This document shows, piece by piece, positions 18,425 through 27,347 of a stretch of DNA of 64,000 nt. The stretch lies in assembly GCA_035499075.1 (NCBI GenBank), contig DATJZN010000056.1, positions 96,894 through 160,893 on the forward strand, given 5' to 3'. The translations under genes were made by a program, and so were the position numbers. The stretch comes from Myxococcota bacterium (GTDB lineage Bacteria; Myxococcota_A; UBA9160; SZUA-336). Under the pieces are notes generated by a model. The model was not told the origin of the DNA. It was given only the letters and a program-made list of their open reading frames with translations, and did not search any database. The number at the start of each line of letters is the position of its first letter. Position 1 is the stretch's first letter.

Positions 18425-19365
18425 GCGGCATGCTCCGCCGGCACGTGCTGCGTGGCGGCCACGAAGACGTCTTCGAGGCTCGCGCGCGCGAGCGACACGC
18501 GGCCGGCCACGTGCGCTCGCTCGAGCGCGTGCGCGAGCGCAGCCGCGGGATCGGCGAGGCTGCGGTCGACCAGCGCGTGCAGGCGCGCGCCGAGCTGCGC
18601 GACGCTCTTCACCGCGGGCAGGCGCTCGAGCACGGCGCGCGCGGCGTGCGCCTCGGCGCCTTCGATCTCGACGACGGAGGCGTCGATGTCGCGCATGAGC
18701 CGTTCGGGCGCGCCGCTCGCCACCACGCGCCCGCGGTCGAGGATCGCGAGCCCGTGGCAGCGCTCGGCCTCGTCCATGAAGTGCGTCGACACGAGGATCG
18801 TGGTGCCGTGCTCGACCAGCCGGTAGAGCGTCTCCCAGAAGTCGCGCCGGCTCTGCGGATCCACGGCGCTCGTCGGCTCGTCCAGGAACAAGAGCTCGGG
18901 CTTGTGCAGGGTCGCGGCGGCCAGCGCGAGCCGCTGGCGCTCCCCGCCCGACAGCGTGCCGGAGCGCTGACCGCGCAGCTCGCGCAAGTGGAAGTCGCCG
19001 AGCAGCTGCTCGATGCGCGCGCGCGCGGCGGCGCGCGGCAGCGAGTAGATCTCGGCCATGAACGCCAGGTTCTCGTCGACGGAGAGGTCCTCGTACAGCG
19101 AGAAGCGCTGCGTCATGTAGCCGATCTTGCGGCGCAACGGCTCGGCGTCGCGCGGCACCTCGAGCCCGAGCACCGTGGCCGAGCCCGCAGACGGCGTGAG
19201 CAGCCCGCACAGCATGCGGATGGTCGTCGACTTGCCGCTGCCGTTCGGGCCGAGGAAGCCGTAGATGGCGCGGCGCGGGATCTCGAGGTCGACGCCGTCG
19301 ACGGCGGTGGTCTTGCCGAAGCGCCGCGTGAGCCCGCGCGTGCGGATCGCGAGCTCTTCCGTCAT
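18421..19365 (-). CDS. ABC transporter ATP-binding protein
   Basis: Walker A GPNGSGKST, signature LSGGERQRLALAAA, Walker B LFLDEPTSAVD, H-loop VSTH. Confidence 0.9.
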   Translation of the reverse strand: MTEELAIRTRGLTRRFGKTTAVDGVDLEIPRRAIYGFLGPNGSGKSTTIRMLCGLLTPSAGSATVLGLEVPRDAEPLRRKIGYMTQRFSLYEDLSVDENLAFMAEIYSLPRAAARARIEQLLGDFHLRELRGQRSGTLSGGERQRLALAAATLHKPELLFLDEPTSAVDPQSRRDFWETLYRLVEHGTTILVSTHFMDEAERCHGLAILDRGRVVASGAPERLMRDIDASVVEIEGAEAHAARAVLERLPAVKSVAQLGARLHALVDRSLADPAAALAHALERAHVAGRVSLARASLEDVFVAATQHVPAEHAA

Positions 19366-20336
19366 CGCGCGCTCGCGACGGGCGCCTCGAGCTCGAAGCG
19401 CACCTCGACCGGCACGCCCGTCGGCAAGTCGTCCGCGGCTGGGCCCGAGACCTGCACCTCGGCCAGGTACGAGAGCCGGCCGCGGTCGTGCTGCGTCAGC
19501 GCGAAGTACGGCGTGAACGCGGCGTCGTGCGAGAGCTTCCGCACGGTGCCCTCGACCACGCCCGCGCGCCCGGCGATCGTGACACTCGCGCGTGTACCCG
19601 GCTCGATGCGCGCGCGCACGGCCTCGGGCACGTATACGCGCGCGTACGGCGGATCGGCGGCGAGCATGACCGCCACCACGGCCCCCGCGGGCGGGCGCTC
19701 GCCCAGCTTGAACGGCAGCGCGTCGATGCGCCCGGCGCGCGGGGCCCGCACGGTGAGGCGCTCGAGCCGCACCTCGACGTCCGCCAGCGCGCTCTCCTGC
19801 GCAGCGAGCGCGGCGCGCGCCTGGTCGAGCTCCTCGGCGGTCGTGCCGCGCAGCATCTCCTCGAGCGCCGCGCGCGCCTGGTCACGGCGCGCCAGCGCCT
19901 GGTCGCGCTGCGAGCGCATCAGGTCGCGCCGCGCCGCGGATTCGAACGCGTGCTGCTCGAGCGCCTTCGAGCGGTCGTACTCGAGGTTCGCGTTGGCGAG
20001 AGCGCTCTCCGCGCCCGCCAGGTCGGCGCGCGCCTGGCGGATGCGCTCCGCACGCGGGCCGCGCTCGAGCTCGGCGAGCCGCGCGGCGAGCTGGTCGCGC
20101 GACGCACGGGCCCGCGCCACCTGCGCGCCGAGCCGGCGCGAGTCGAGCACCAGGACCTCGTCACCCGCGGCGACGACGTCGCCCTCGCGCACGGAGACCG
20201 ACAGGATCGGCTCGTCCGACTCCGCGACGAGCTCGATGCGATCGCGCTCGAGCGTGCCCACGGCCGGGATGGCAGCGGGGTCGCGCCGGCAGGCGGCCAG
20301 CAGCGCAAGACACAATAATGTGTGGGATCGCCTCAT
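19362..20336 (-). CDS. HlyD-family secretion protein (lipoprotein-type membrane fusion protein)
   Basis: Signal plus lipobox LALLAAC; coiled-coil segments; start overlaps TetR stop and stop overlaps ATPase start (ATGA both sides). Confidence 0.8.
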   Translation of the reverse strand: MRRSHTLLCLALLAACRRDPAAIPAVGTLERDRIELVAESDEPILSVSVREGDVVAAGDEVLVLDSRRLGAQVARARASRDQLAARLAELERGPRAERIRQARADLAGAESALANANLEYDRSKALEQHAFESAARRDLMRSQRDQALARRDQARAALEEMLRGTTAEELDQARAALAAQESALADVEVRLERLTVRAPRAGRIDALPFKLGERPPAGAVVAVMLAADPPYARVYVPEAVRARIEPGTRASVTIAGRAGVVEGTVRKLSHDAAFTPYFALTQHDRGRLSYLAEVQVSGPAADDLPTGVPVEVRFELEAPVASAR

Positions 20337-21007
20337 GACGCCTCCGCGCGGCGGCGCACGCCGTCGAGGAAGAGCCGCGTCGTGTGATCCGCCAGGCGCT
20401 TTGCGAACGCATCGTCGAGCTCGTAGCCGAGCACCTTGCCCATCACCGGGTGCACGAGGAACGGGAACACCGACATGCCCGCGAGCGACAGCACGGCCAG
20501 GCGCGGCTCGAGCTCGGCGCGCAGCGCCCCGCTCTGTACCTCGCTCGCGAAGAGCGCCTGCAGGAGCGGCAGCCCGCGCCGCGCGAAGCGCTCCACGAAG
20601 CGGGCGCGCGCCGCCGGCCCGGCGGTCACGACTTCGCGCAACAAGAGCGCCGGCACCCACGGCTGGCTCGAGATCGTGGCGATGTACATCTGGATCAGCG
20701 CCTCGAGCGGCGCGGTCGTGCGGGGCGACGCAGCGCCGAGCTCGCGCACGCGCGCGATGAGCCCCTCGAAGACGTCGTCGAGCATCGCCTCGTACAAGCC
20801 CTGCTTGCCGCCGAAGTAGTACGAGATCATCCCCGGCGTCACGCCGGCCGCGCGCGCGACCTCGCGGATGCCGACCTCGCCGAAGCCGCGCGCCGCGAAG
20901 AGCTGCTTCGCCGCCTCCACGAGCTCGCGCCGCACGTCCTCGGCCGCCTTCCCGGCCGGGGGCCGCCCCGGCCGCCGCAGGGCCTGCTTCCGCTTCGTTC
21001 CCGGCAT
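20333..21007 (-). CDS. TetR/AcrR family transcriptional regulator
   Basis: N-terminal HTH LFAARGFGEVGIREVARAAGVTPGMISYYFGGKQGLY; 224 aa. Confidence 0.85.
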   Translation of the reverse strand: MPGTKRKQALRRPGRPPAGKAAEDVRRELVEAAKQLFAARGFGEVGIREVARAAGVTPGMISYYFGGKQGLYEAMLDDVFEGLIARVRELGAASPRTTAPLEALIQMYIATISSQPWVPALLLREVVTAGPAARARFVERFARRGLPLLQALFASEVQSGALRAELEPRLAVLSLAGMSVFPFLVHPVMGKVLGYELDDAFAKRLADHTTRLFLDGVRRRAEAS

Positions 21008-21076
21008 GACCCAAAATTAATCGATCGATCGATTAATTGTCAAGGGCAGCCCTTTGGAAGGGATCCGGGCCCGGGC

Positions 21077-22570
21077 CTACGTTTGCGCCCGCTTCACCAG
21101 GCCCGTGGTCGAGCGGCCCTCGACCAGCGGCACCAGCTCGACGCGGCCGCCCCACTTGCGCACGAGGTCCCAGCCGACGACTGCGCGCTTGGTCTTGTAG
21201 TCGGCGCCCTTGGTCAGCACATCGGGGCGCAGCGCGCGGATCAGTCCCAGCGGCGTGTCCTCGTCGAACAGCACCACCGCGTCGACACAGGAAAGTGACG
21301 CGAGGATCTGCGCGCGGTCGAGCTCGCTCTGCAGCGGGCGGCCCGGGCCCTTCAGCCGGCGCACCGACGCGTCGGTGTTCACGCCCACGACGAGCGCGTC
21401 GCCGAGCCGCCGCGACGACTCCAGGTAGCGCACGTGGCCCAGGTGCAGGATGTCGAAGCAGCCGTTCGTGAACACGACCGAGCGCCCCTCCGCGCGCAGG
21501 CGCGCGGTGAGCGCGGCCGCGCCGTCGCGGTCGAGCACGCGGCCGGCCGACGGCACGTTGACCTGGCCGAGCACCGTGAGGATCTCCGAGCCCGTGACCG
21601 TGGCGGCGCCGAACTTGCCCACCTTCACGCCCGCGGCCACGTTGCCGAGCCACGCGGCCTCGCCGATCTCGGCGCCCGCGGCGAGCGCGAGCGCCACGGT
21701 CGCGCCAGCGACGTCCCCTGCCCCGGTCTCGTCGACGAGCTCCTTCGCGTGCGCCGGGAACGCGAGGGGCCCGGAGCCGCGGCTCGCCAGCACCATGCCC
21801 TGCGGCCCGCGCGTGACGAGCACGTGCGCGACGTCGAGCTCTTCGGCGATCTCCGCGGCGACGCGCTGCACGCCCGCTTCGTCCGGCAGCGCAGCCTGCG
21901 CGAAGCGCTCCGCCGCGCGCAGGTTCGGCTTCAGCACCGTGGCGCCGCCGAACGCCTTCCACGGCAGGTCCTTCGGATCGACGAGCACCGGGCGTCCGCG
22001 CGCGGCGGCGAACACCGCGCGGCACACGGCCGGCGACAGCACACCCTTCGAGTAGTCCGACAGCACCACCGCGTCGGCGCGCTTCACGGCCCGAGTCACT
22101 GCCGCGCAGAGCCGCTTCTCGAGCTCGGGCGAGAGCGGCGCGACGGTCTCGCGGTCGAGCCGGATCACCTGCTGCTGGCGGGCGACGATGCGCGTCTTGC
22201 GCGTGGTGCGGCGGCCGCGGTCGACGAGGATGCCCGACTTCGCGATCCCGAGGCTCTCGGCTTCGCTCTTGAACAGCTCGCCGTCCGCATCGGCGCCGAC
22301 GACGGTGCAGAGAATCGAGTGCGCGCCCAGCGCGACGAGACACTTCGCGACGTTGGCCGCGCCGCCGAGCACGAATTCCTCGCGCTCCACGGCCAGCACG
22401 GGCACCGGCGCCTCGGGCGAGATGCGCTCGACCTCGCCCGTCACGTACGCGTCGAGCGCCGAGTCGCCGACCACCAGCACGCGCCGGCCGACCATCGCAC
22501 CGAGCAGCTCGCGCACGCGCGCGAGCGAAGGCTCGCGGAACGAGGTCTCGGCGCCGTTCCGCCGCGTCAC
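21077..22570 (-). CDS. hldE: bifunctional D-glycero-beta-D-manno-heptose-7-phosphate kinase / heptose-1-phosphate adenylyltransferase
   Basis: N-terminal ribokinase-like domain (VTGAGD, PfkB block) plus C-terminal cytidylyltransferase block VFTNGCFDILHLGHVRYL; GTG start overlapping upstream GT2 stop (GTGA). Confidence 0.85.
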   Translation of the reverse strand: MTRRNGAETSFREPSLARVRELLGAMVGRRVLVVGDSALDAYVTGEVERISPEAPVPVLAVEREEFVLGGAANVAKCLVALGAHSILCTVVGADADGELFKSEAESLGIAKSGILVDRGRRTTRKTRIVARQQQVIRLDRETVAPLSPELEKRLCAAVTRAVKRADAVVLSDYSKGVLSPAVCRAVFAAARGRPVLVDPKDLPWKAFGGATVLKPNLRAAERFAQAALPDEAGVQRVAAEIAEELDVAHVLVTRGPQGMVLASRGSGPLAFPAHAKELVDETGAGDVAGATVALALAAGAEIGEAAWLGNVAAGVKVGKFGAATVTGSEILTVLGQVNVPSAGRVLDRDGAAALTARLRAEGRSVVFTNGCFDILHLGHVRYLESSRRLGDALVVGVNTDASVRRLKGPGRPLQSELDRAQILASLSCVDAVVLFDEDTPLGLIRALRPDVLTKGADYKTKRAVVGWDLVRKWGGRVELVPLVEGRSTTGLVKRAQT

Positions 22571-23304
22571 GAGAGCGCCCCGCCGTAGCGCGACCAGATG
22601 CGCGCGACCTCGACGAACGCCACGAAGAAGTCCGTGGCTCTCACGCGCGAGCCCGCCACGTCCTCCCAGCACTCGAGCGGCAGCTCGTACAGGGCGCCCG
22701 CGCCGCGGCCCGCGGCGAGGAAGCGCGCGAGCAGCTCGACGTCGAAGGTCCAGTTCACGCAGAACGGCGCCTCGAACAGCACGGCGAGCTCAGGCCGGTT
22801 GCGCAGGAGCTTCGCGCCGCACTGCGTGTCGTACACGGGAAGGTGGAGCACCTGTGACACGGCAGTGGCGAACACGCGGCCGAGATAGTGGCGCACGGGG
22901 CTGCGCCGCACGCGCCGGCCGAGCAGCTGCACGCGCGCGCCCATCACCAGCTCCACGTGCGGCCGCGCCGCGAGGAGCGAGGTGAAGCGCGGAATCTCGT
23001 CGAGCGGCGTGGCGAGGTCGGCGTCCCAGTAGCCCACGTGCTCGGCGCTCGACTTGAACGCCGTGCACATGCCGCGGCGCACGGCCTCGGCCTTGCCGCC
23101 GTTGCGCTCGAGGTCGAGCACGCCCACGCGGCCCGGCAGCTCGCGCTCGAGCTCGCGCAGGCGCTCGAGCGTGGCGTCGGTGCTGCCGTCGTTCACGAAC
23201 AGGAAGTCGACCGAGGGCGTGCGCGCGCAGAAGGCGCGGAACGCGTCGCCCGGCAGGCGGCTCGCTTCGTTGAAGCACGGCACGACGAGCTGTGTTTCGC
23301 CCAT
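22567..23304 (-). CDS. glycosyltransferase family 2 (Dpm1/dolichyl-phosphate glycosyltransferase-like)
   Basis: GT2 motifs VVPCFNEASRL, FVNDGSTDAT, WDADLATP; 245 aa. Confidence 0.8.
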   Translation of the reverse strand: MGETQLVVPCFNEASRLPGDAFRAFCARTPSVDFLFVNDGSTDATLERLRELERELPGRVGVLDLERNGGKAEAVRRGMCTAFKSSAEHVGYWDADLATPLDEIPRFTSLLAARPHVELVMGARVQLLGRRVRRSPVRHYLGRVFATAVSQVLHLPVYDTQCGAKLLRNRPELAVLFEAPFCVNWTFDVELLARFLAAGRGAGALYELPLECWEDVAGSRVRATDFFVAFVEVARIWSRYGGALS

Positions 23305-23447
23305 TCCCTCCCCCGGTCGGAAGAGCGTAGCGAGTGGCGCCTGCCCCGTCTGCGGGCAGCCGCTGCTCGCGGAGCGGGCGGACTCCCACCCGGCGGACCG
23401 GCTGCGGCGCGCGCGCAGCCGGCACGCAGCTTGCGTCGTGCCGGCGC

Positions 23448-23789
23448 GTGGTGAGAGTCGCCGCCGTCATCAAGCCCTTCAAGCTCGACGAGCTCCGCGA
23501 CTCGTTGAACCAGATCGGCGTAGAGGGCATGACGGTGACCGAAGTGCGCGGCTTCGGGCAGCAGCGCGGTCACGCCGAGCTGTACCGCGGCTCGGAGTAC
23601 GTCGTCGACTTCCTGCCGAAGCTACGCGTCGAGCTGGTGATTCGCGACGACGAGCTCGTGAAGGTCACGAGCGCGATCATCGATGCGTGCCGCACCGGCA
23701 AGTTCGGCGACGGCAAGATCTTCGTGACCAGAGTCTCCGAAGTGGTTCGCATCCGCACTGGTGAGTGCGGCGAGGAAGCCCTGTCATGA
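23448..23789 (+). CDS. nitrogen regulatory protein P-II (GlnB/GlnK family)
   Basis: VAAVIKPFKLDELRDSLNQIGVEGMTVTEVRGFGQQRGHAELYRGSEYVVDFLPKLRVELV...GDGKIFV, T-loop GQQRGHAELYRG; GTG start (the ORF-track start at 23334 adds an Arg/Ala-rich leader unlikely to be real). Confidence 0.85.
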   Translation: MVRVAAVIKPFKLDELRDSLNQIGVEGMTVTEVRGFGQQRGHAELYRGSEYVVDFLPKLRVELVIRDDELVKVTSAIIDACRTGKFGDGKIFVTRVSEVVRIRTGECGEEALS

Positions 23790-23799
23790 CTCCACCCGG

Positions 23800-25599
23800 C
23801 TAGGTTGGGGCCGGGGATGCCCGGACGAGCGGCGCGGAAGCGAGACTTCCGTCGCCGCGGAACGCCAGGCGCCGGCGGTGGAATCGCTCGATCGCCGTCT
23901 GGTGTCCGATGCTGATCCAGGTCGTCTCCGGGAGCTCCCGCTCGAGCAGCGCATAGAGCTGGCCCTCCGTGTCGCTGTCGAGCGCGGAGCTCGCCTCGTC
24001 CAGGAACAGCCACTTGGGCTTGTGCAGGAGCGCGCGCGCGAAGGCGAGCCGCTGCTGCTCGCCGGGCGACATGCTGCGCTCCCAGTGGTCGTCCTCGCCG
24101 AGCCGCTCGGCGAAGTGCTCGAGCCGGCAGGCCCGCAGCGCGGTGAGCAGCGCGTCGTCCGAGAACGCGCCGTCCTGCGACGGATACGAGAGCGCCGCGC
24201 GCAGCGTGCCGATCGGCAGGTACGGCTTCTGCGGCAGGAACAGACACTGCGAAGTGTCGGGCCGCTCGATGCTGCCCGCGCCGAACGGCCAGATGCCGGC
24301 GATCGCGCGGAACAGCGTGCTCTTGCCCGAGCCGGACGGCCCGGTCACCAGCACGGGTTCGCCCGGCGCGAGCTTCAAGTCGACGCCGTGGAGAAGCTCG
24401 GCGCCGTTCGGCAGCGCAACGGTGAGGTCGCGCAGCGCGATCTCGCCGTTCGCGCCGCGCTGGATGGCGATGCCCTCGTGTCCCGCCTCGGCGCGCACGA
24501 ACACGAGCGCGCGCCGGAACGTGATGAGCCGGTCCACCGTCGCCTTCCACTCGGCGATGCTCACGTACGCCGACACGAACCAGGACATCGCCTCCTGCAC
24601 CTGGCCGAACGTGTGCGAAATCTGCATCAGGTCGCCGAGCGCGATCTGCTTCGCGAAGTAGCGCGGAGCCGCGACGAAGAACGGAAACAGCACCCGGGCC
24701 TGCGCGTAGCTGAAGGTGAGCCCGCCGACCTTCTTCTGGCGGCGCATGATGCCCCACCAGTTCTGCCACACGAATTCGAAGCGGTCGCGCAGCCGGTGGG
24801 CTTCGTCGCGCTCGCCGCGGTACAGCGCGATTCCCTCGGCGTTCTCCCGCACGCGCACCAAGCCGAAGCGGAAGTCGGCCTCGTAGCGCTGGCCCAGGAA
24901 CTTCAAGCCGGCGAGCGGCCGCCCGACGAGCTGCGTCAGCCAGGTGCCGACCACGGCGTAGAGCAGCGCCGCCCACACCATGTAGCCGGGAATCACGATC
25001 CCGACGCCAGGCACCGTCCAGGATCCGGACAGAGTCCAGAGGATCGTGATGAACGAGAAGAGCGTCACGATCGAGCTCAGGAGCCCGAGCGTCAGGTCGA
25101 GCGCGCCCGCCACGAACAGGTTCATGTCTTCCGCGATGCGCTGGTCCGGGTTGTCGGCGCCGGTCTGGTACAGCGGCAGGCGGTAGTAGGCGCGCTCGCC
25201 GAGCCAGTCCTCCACGTAGTGGTTCGTCAGCCAGCGCCGCCAGCGGATCTGCAGCATCTGCTGGAAGTAGGTCGCGTACACGTTGACCAGCACCCAGAAC
25301 GTCGCGAGCACGGCGAAGCTGGCGATCTGGCGCCAGAAGGACGGCGCGTCGTAGTTCTGCAGCGCGTCGTAGAACCTGCGGTACCAGCTGTTGAAGGCGA
25401 CGTTCAGGCCGACGGCGGCGAGATTCAGCGCCACGACCACGGCGGCGAGCCCTCGCGCCTGCCAGCGCTCGTCCGAGCTCCAGTACGGCGCGGCCAGCGT
25501 GCGAAAGTCGCGCAGGAACTCCGGAAGCTTTTCCGTCACGAGCAGGACTCCTCCAGCAAGGGCGCGAGAGAGTACCCTTCGGGTGATGCGGAGGCGCAC
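23800..25599 (-). CDS. ABC transporter ATP-binding/permease protein, ABCD/SbmA-like half transporter
   Basis: N-terminal ABC_membrane_2-type TM domain; C-terminal NBD GPSGSGKSTLFRAIAGIW, MSPGEQQRLAFARALLHKP, WLFLDEASSALD. Confidence 0.8.
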   Translation of the reverse strand: MRLRITRRVLSRALAGGVLLVTEKLPEFLRDFRTLAAPYWSSDERWQARGLAAVVVALNLAAVGLNVAFNSWYRRFYDALQNYDAPSFWRQIASFAVLATFWVLVNVYATYFQQMLQIRWRRWLTNHYVEDWLGERAYYRLPLYQTGADNPDQRIAEDMNLFVAGALDLTLGLLSSIVTLFSFITILWTLSGSWTVPGVGIVIPGYMVWAALLYAVVGTWLTQLVGRPLAGLKFLGQRYEADFRFGLVRVRENAEGIALYRGERDEAHRLRDRFEFVWQNWWGIMRRQKKVGGLTFSYAQARVLFPFFVAAPRYFAKQIALGDLMQISHTFGQVQEAMSWFVSAYVSIAEWKATVDRLITFRRALVFVRAEAGHEGIAIQRGANGEIALRDLTVALPNGAELLHGVDLKLAPGEPVLVTGPSGSGKSTLFRAIAGIWPFGAGSIERPDTSQCLFLPQKPYLPIGTLRAALSYPSQDGAFSDDALLTALRACRLEHFAERLGEDDHWERSMSPGEQQRLAFARALLHKPKWLFLDEASSALDSDTEGQLYALLERELPETTWISIGHQTAIERFHRRRLAFRGDGSLASAPLVRASPAPT

Positions 25600-26460
25600 A
25601 TGAAGTGGGAAGGCGAGCGCGAGAGCGAGGAGGTCGAAGACCGGCGCGGCATGAGCCTTGGACGCGGCGGCGTCGCAATCGGTGGAGGCGGTCTCCTCTT
25701 GGTGCTCTTGTTCTCCGTCCTCACCGGCACCGACCCGACGCAGGTGCTGCAGGTGGTCCAGGGTGTCTCGAACGTCGACACGGGTCCGCAGCCGGCGGGC
25801 CCCATGGGCGCGCCTTCCGACCAGGAGGGGAAGTTCGCGTCGGTCGTGCTCGCTTCGACCGAAGACGTGTGGGGCGAGATCTTCGCCCAGCGCGGGCAGC
25901 GCTACGAGAAACCGAAGCTCGTGCTGTTCTCCGGCGCCGTGCGCTCGGCATGCGGCACCGCGCAGTCGGCCGTCGGGCCCTTCTACTGCCCGCGCGACTC
26001 ACAGGTGTATCTCGACCTGGGCTTCTTCCAGGAGCTGTCGGACCGCTTCGGCGCGCCCGGCGACTTCGCGCGCGCGTACGTGGTGGCGCACGAGGTCGGC
26101 CACCACGTGCAGAACCTGCTCGGCATCTCGGACCGGGTCGAGAGCGCGCAGGGCCGCGGCTCCCGCGAAGAGGCGAACGAGCTGTCGGTGAAGCTGGAGC
26201 TGCAGGCCGATTGCCTGGCGGGCGTGTGGGGCCAGCGCGCGAACCAGCAGCACCGCTGGCTCGAGCCCGGCGACATCGAGACCGGCCTCGCGGCCGCGCA
26301 GGCGATCGGCGACGACACGCTGCAGCGTCAGGCGGGCGCGGCGGTGCAGCCCGAGAGCTGGACGCACGGCTCGTCGGCGCAGCGCGTGCACTGGCTCCGG
26401 ACCGGGCTCGAGTCCGGCGACCTGTCGAAGTGCGACACGTTCGGAGACGGCTCGCTGTAG
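25600..26460 (+). CDS. YpfJ-family putative neutral zinc metallopeptidase
   Basis: Hallmark N-terminus MKWEGERESEEVEDRRG, TM helix, HEVGHHVQN zinc motif; GGAGG RBS. Confidence 0.8.
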   Translation: MKWEGERESEEVEDRRGMSLGRGGVAIGGGGLLLVLLFSVLTGTDPTQVLQVVQGVSNVDTGPQPAGPMGAPSDQEGKFASVVLASTEDVWGEIFAQRGQRYEKPKLVLFSGAVRSACGTAQSAVGPFYCPRDSQVYLDLGFFQELSDRFGAPGDFARAYVVAHEVGHHVQNLLGISDRVESAQGRGSREEANELSVKLELQADCLAGVWGQRANQQHRWLEPGDIETGLAAAQAIGDDTLQRQAGAAVQPESWTHGSSAQRVHWLRTGLESGDLSKCDTFGDGSL

Positions 26461-26464
26461 CGCG

Positions 26465-27310
26465 CTAGCTCGCGTAGTGCGGCGAAGACGCCTTCATGAA
26501 GCGCAAGAGCATCCGCAGACTCGCGATCGCGCGACCGGCGGAATCCTCGGCCGTGGAGTCGAACCACAGGTACTCGGTCTTCGGGCCCTGGCCCACGGCG
26601 GCGACGCGGCCCGTCACGGTGTAGGTCTCGTCCAGGCGGATCGGGCCGGCGGCGTGCGCGACCTCGATCGCGCCGAACAGGCCGACCGCCCGCCCCGTGT
26701 GCTCGCGCAGCACGCGCGTCGGCGGGGCCCAGAGCAGCTCGACCGCGGCCGAGGGCGCGGCGATCGGGCCGCCCCACGGCGATGCACCCGTGTACCAGTC
26801 GAGCGGGCCGCTGCACAGCCCGCGCGCGATGCGCTCCGCCTGGCGCTCCGGCCCGAGCCGCACCTTGGACGAGCCGAGCTCCGCGCCGGGCGCGAGCGCC
26901 CGCAGGATGCGCAGCTCGCGCGGGTCGCCGCCGCGCAGGTCGCGCGTGTGCAGCTCGGAGCGCGACGCGTCGCCCAGCGACGCCGTGCCCTCGCACACGT
27001 CCATGCCGTCCTCGCGCTTCATGTAGACACGGATCTGTGTCGCATCGGGTGCGGGCTCTTCGGCGTAGGCGCGCACCTTCTCGCGGTCGACCGTCGCGTT
27101 CAGGAAGTAGAGCGACAGCGCGCCCGTCTCGAAGAAGCGCGGTCCGAAGGCGCGCAAGAGCAGCGGCGGGAACTGGTCCATGTGGACGCTGCCCGCCACG
27201 GTGCCGCCGCGGAAGCCGAGCTTCGTCGCCGTCGCGTCGTCGTGGATGCTGCCCGCCTGCTCGGCCGCGCCGTTGCGCGCGGCGCGGAGCTCGCTCTCGA
27301 TCGTCGCCAT
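26465..27310 (-). CDS. hypothetical protein (possible hotdog-fold-like protein)
   Basis: 281-codon ORF from second ATG (MATIESEL); no confident motif; start chosen to avoid overlap with divergent neighbour. Confidence 0.4.
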   Translation of the reverse strand: MATIESELRAARNGAAEQAGSIHDDATATKLGFRGGTVAGSVHMDQFPPLLLRAFGPRFFETGALSLYFLNATVDREKVRAYAEEPAPDATQIRVYMKREDGMDVCEGTASLGDASRSELHTRDLRGGDPRELRILRALAPGAELGSSKVRLGPERQAERIARGLCSGPLDWYTGASPWGGPIAAPSAAVELLWAPPTRVLREHTGRAVGLFGAIEVAHAAGPIRLDETYTVTGRVAAVGQGPKTEYLWFDSTAEDSAGRAIASLRMLLRFMKASSPHYAS

Positions 27311-27347
27311 GGGCCGATTGTACGCCCGCCGCGGTAGACTCGGGGCC

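Noticed and set aside
23334-23447. Arg/Ala-rich 38-codon N-terminal extension of the P-II ORF
   Set aside because: P-II proteins start directly at the M(K/R)x(I/V)xAIIKPF motif. The in-frame GTGs at 23448 and 23451 give a canonical 112-113-aa protein.
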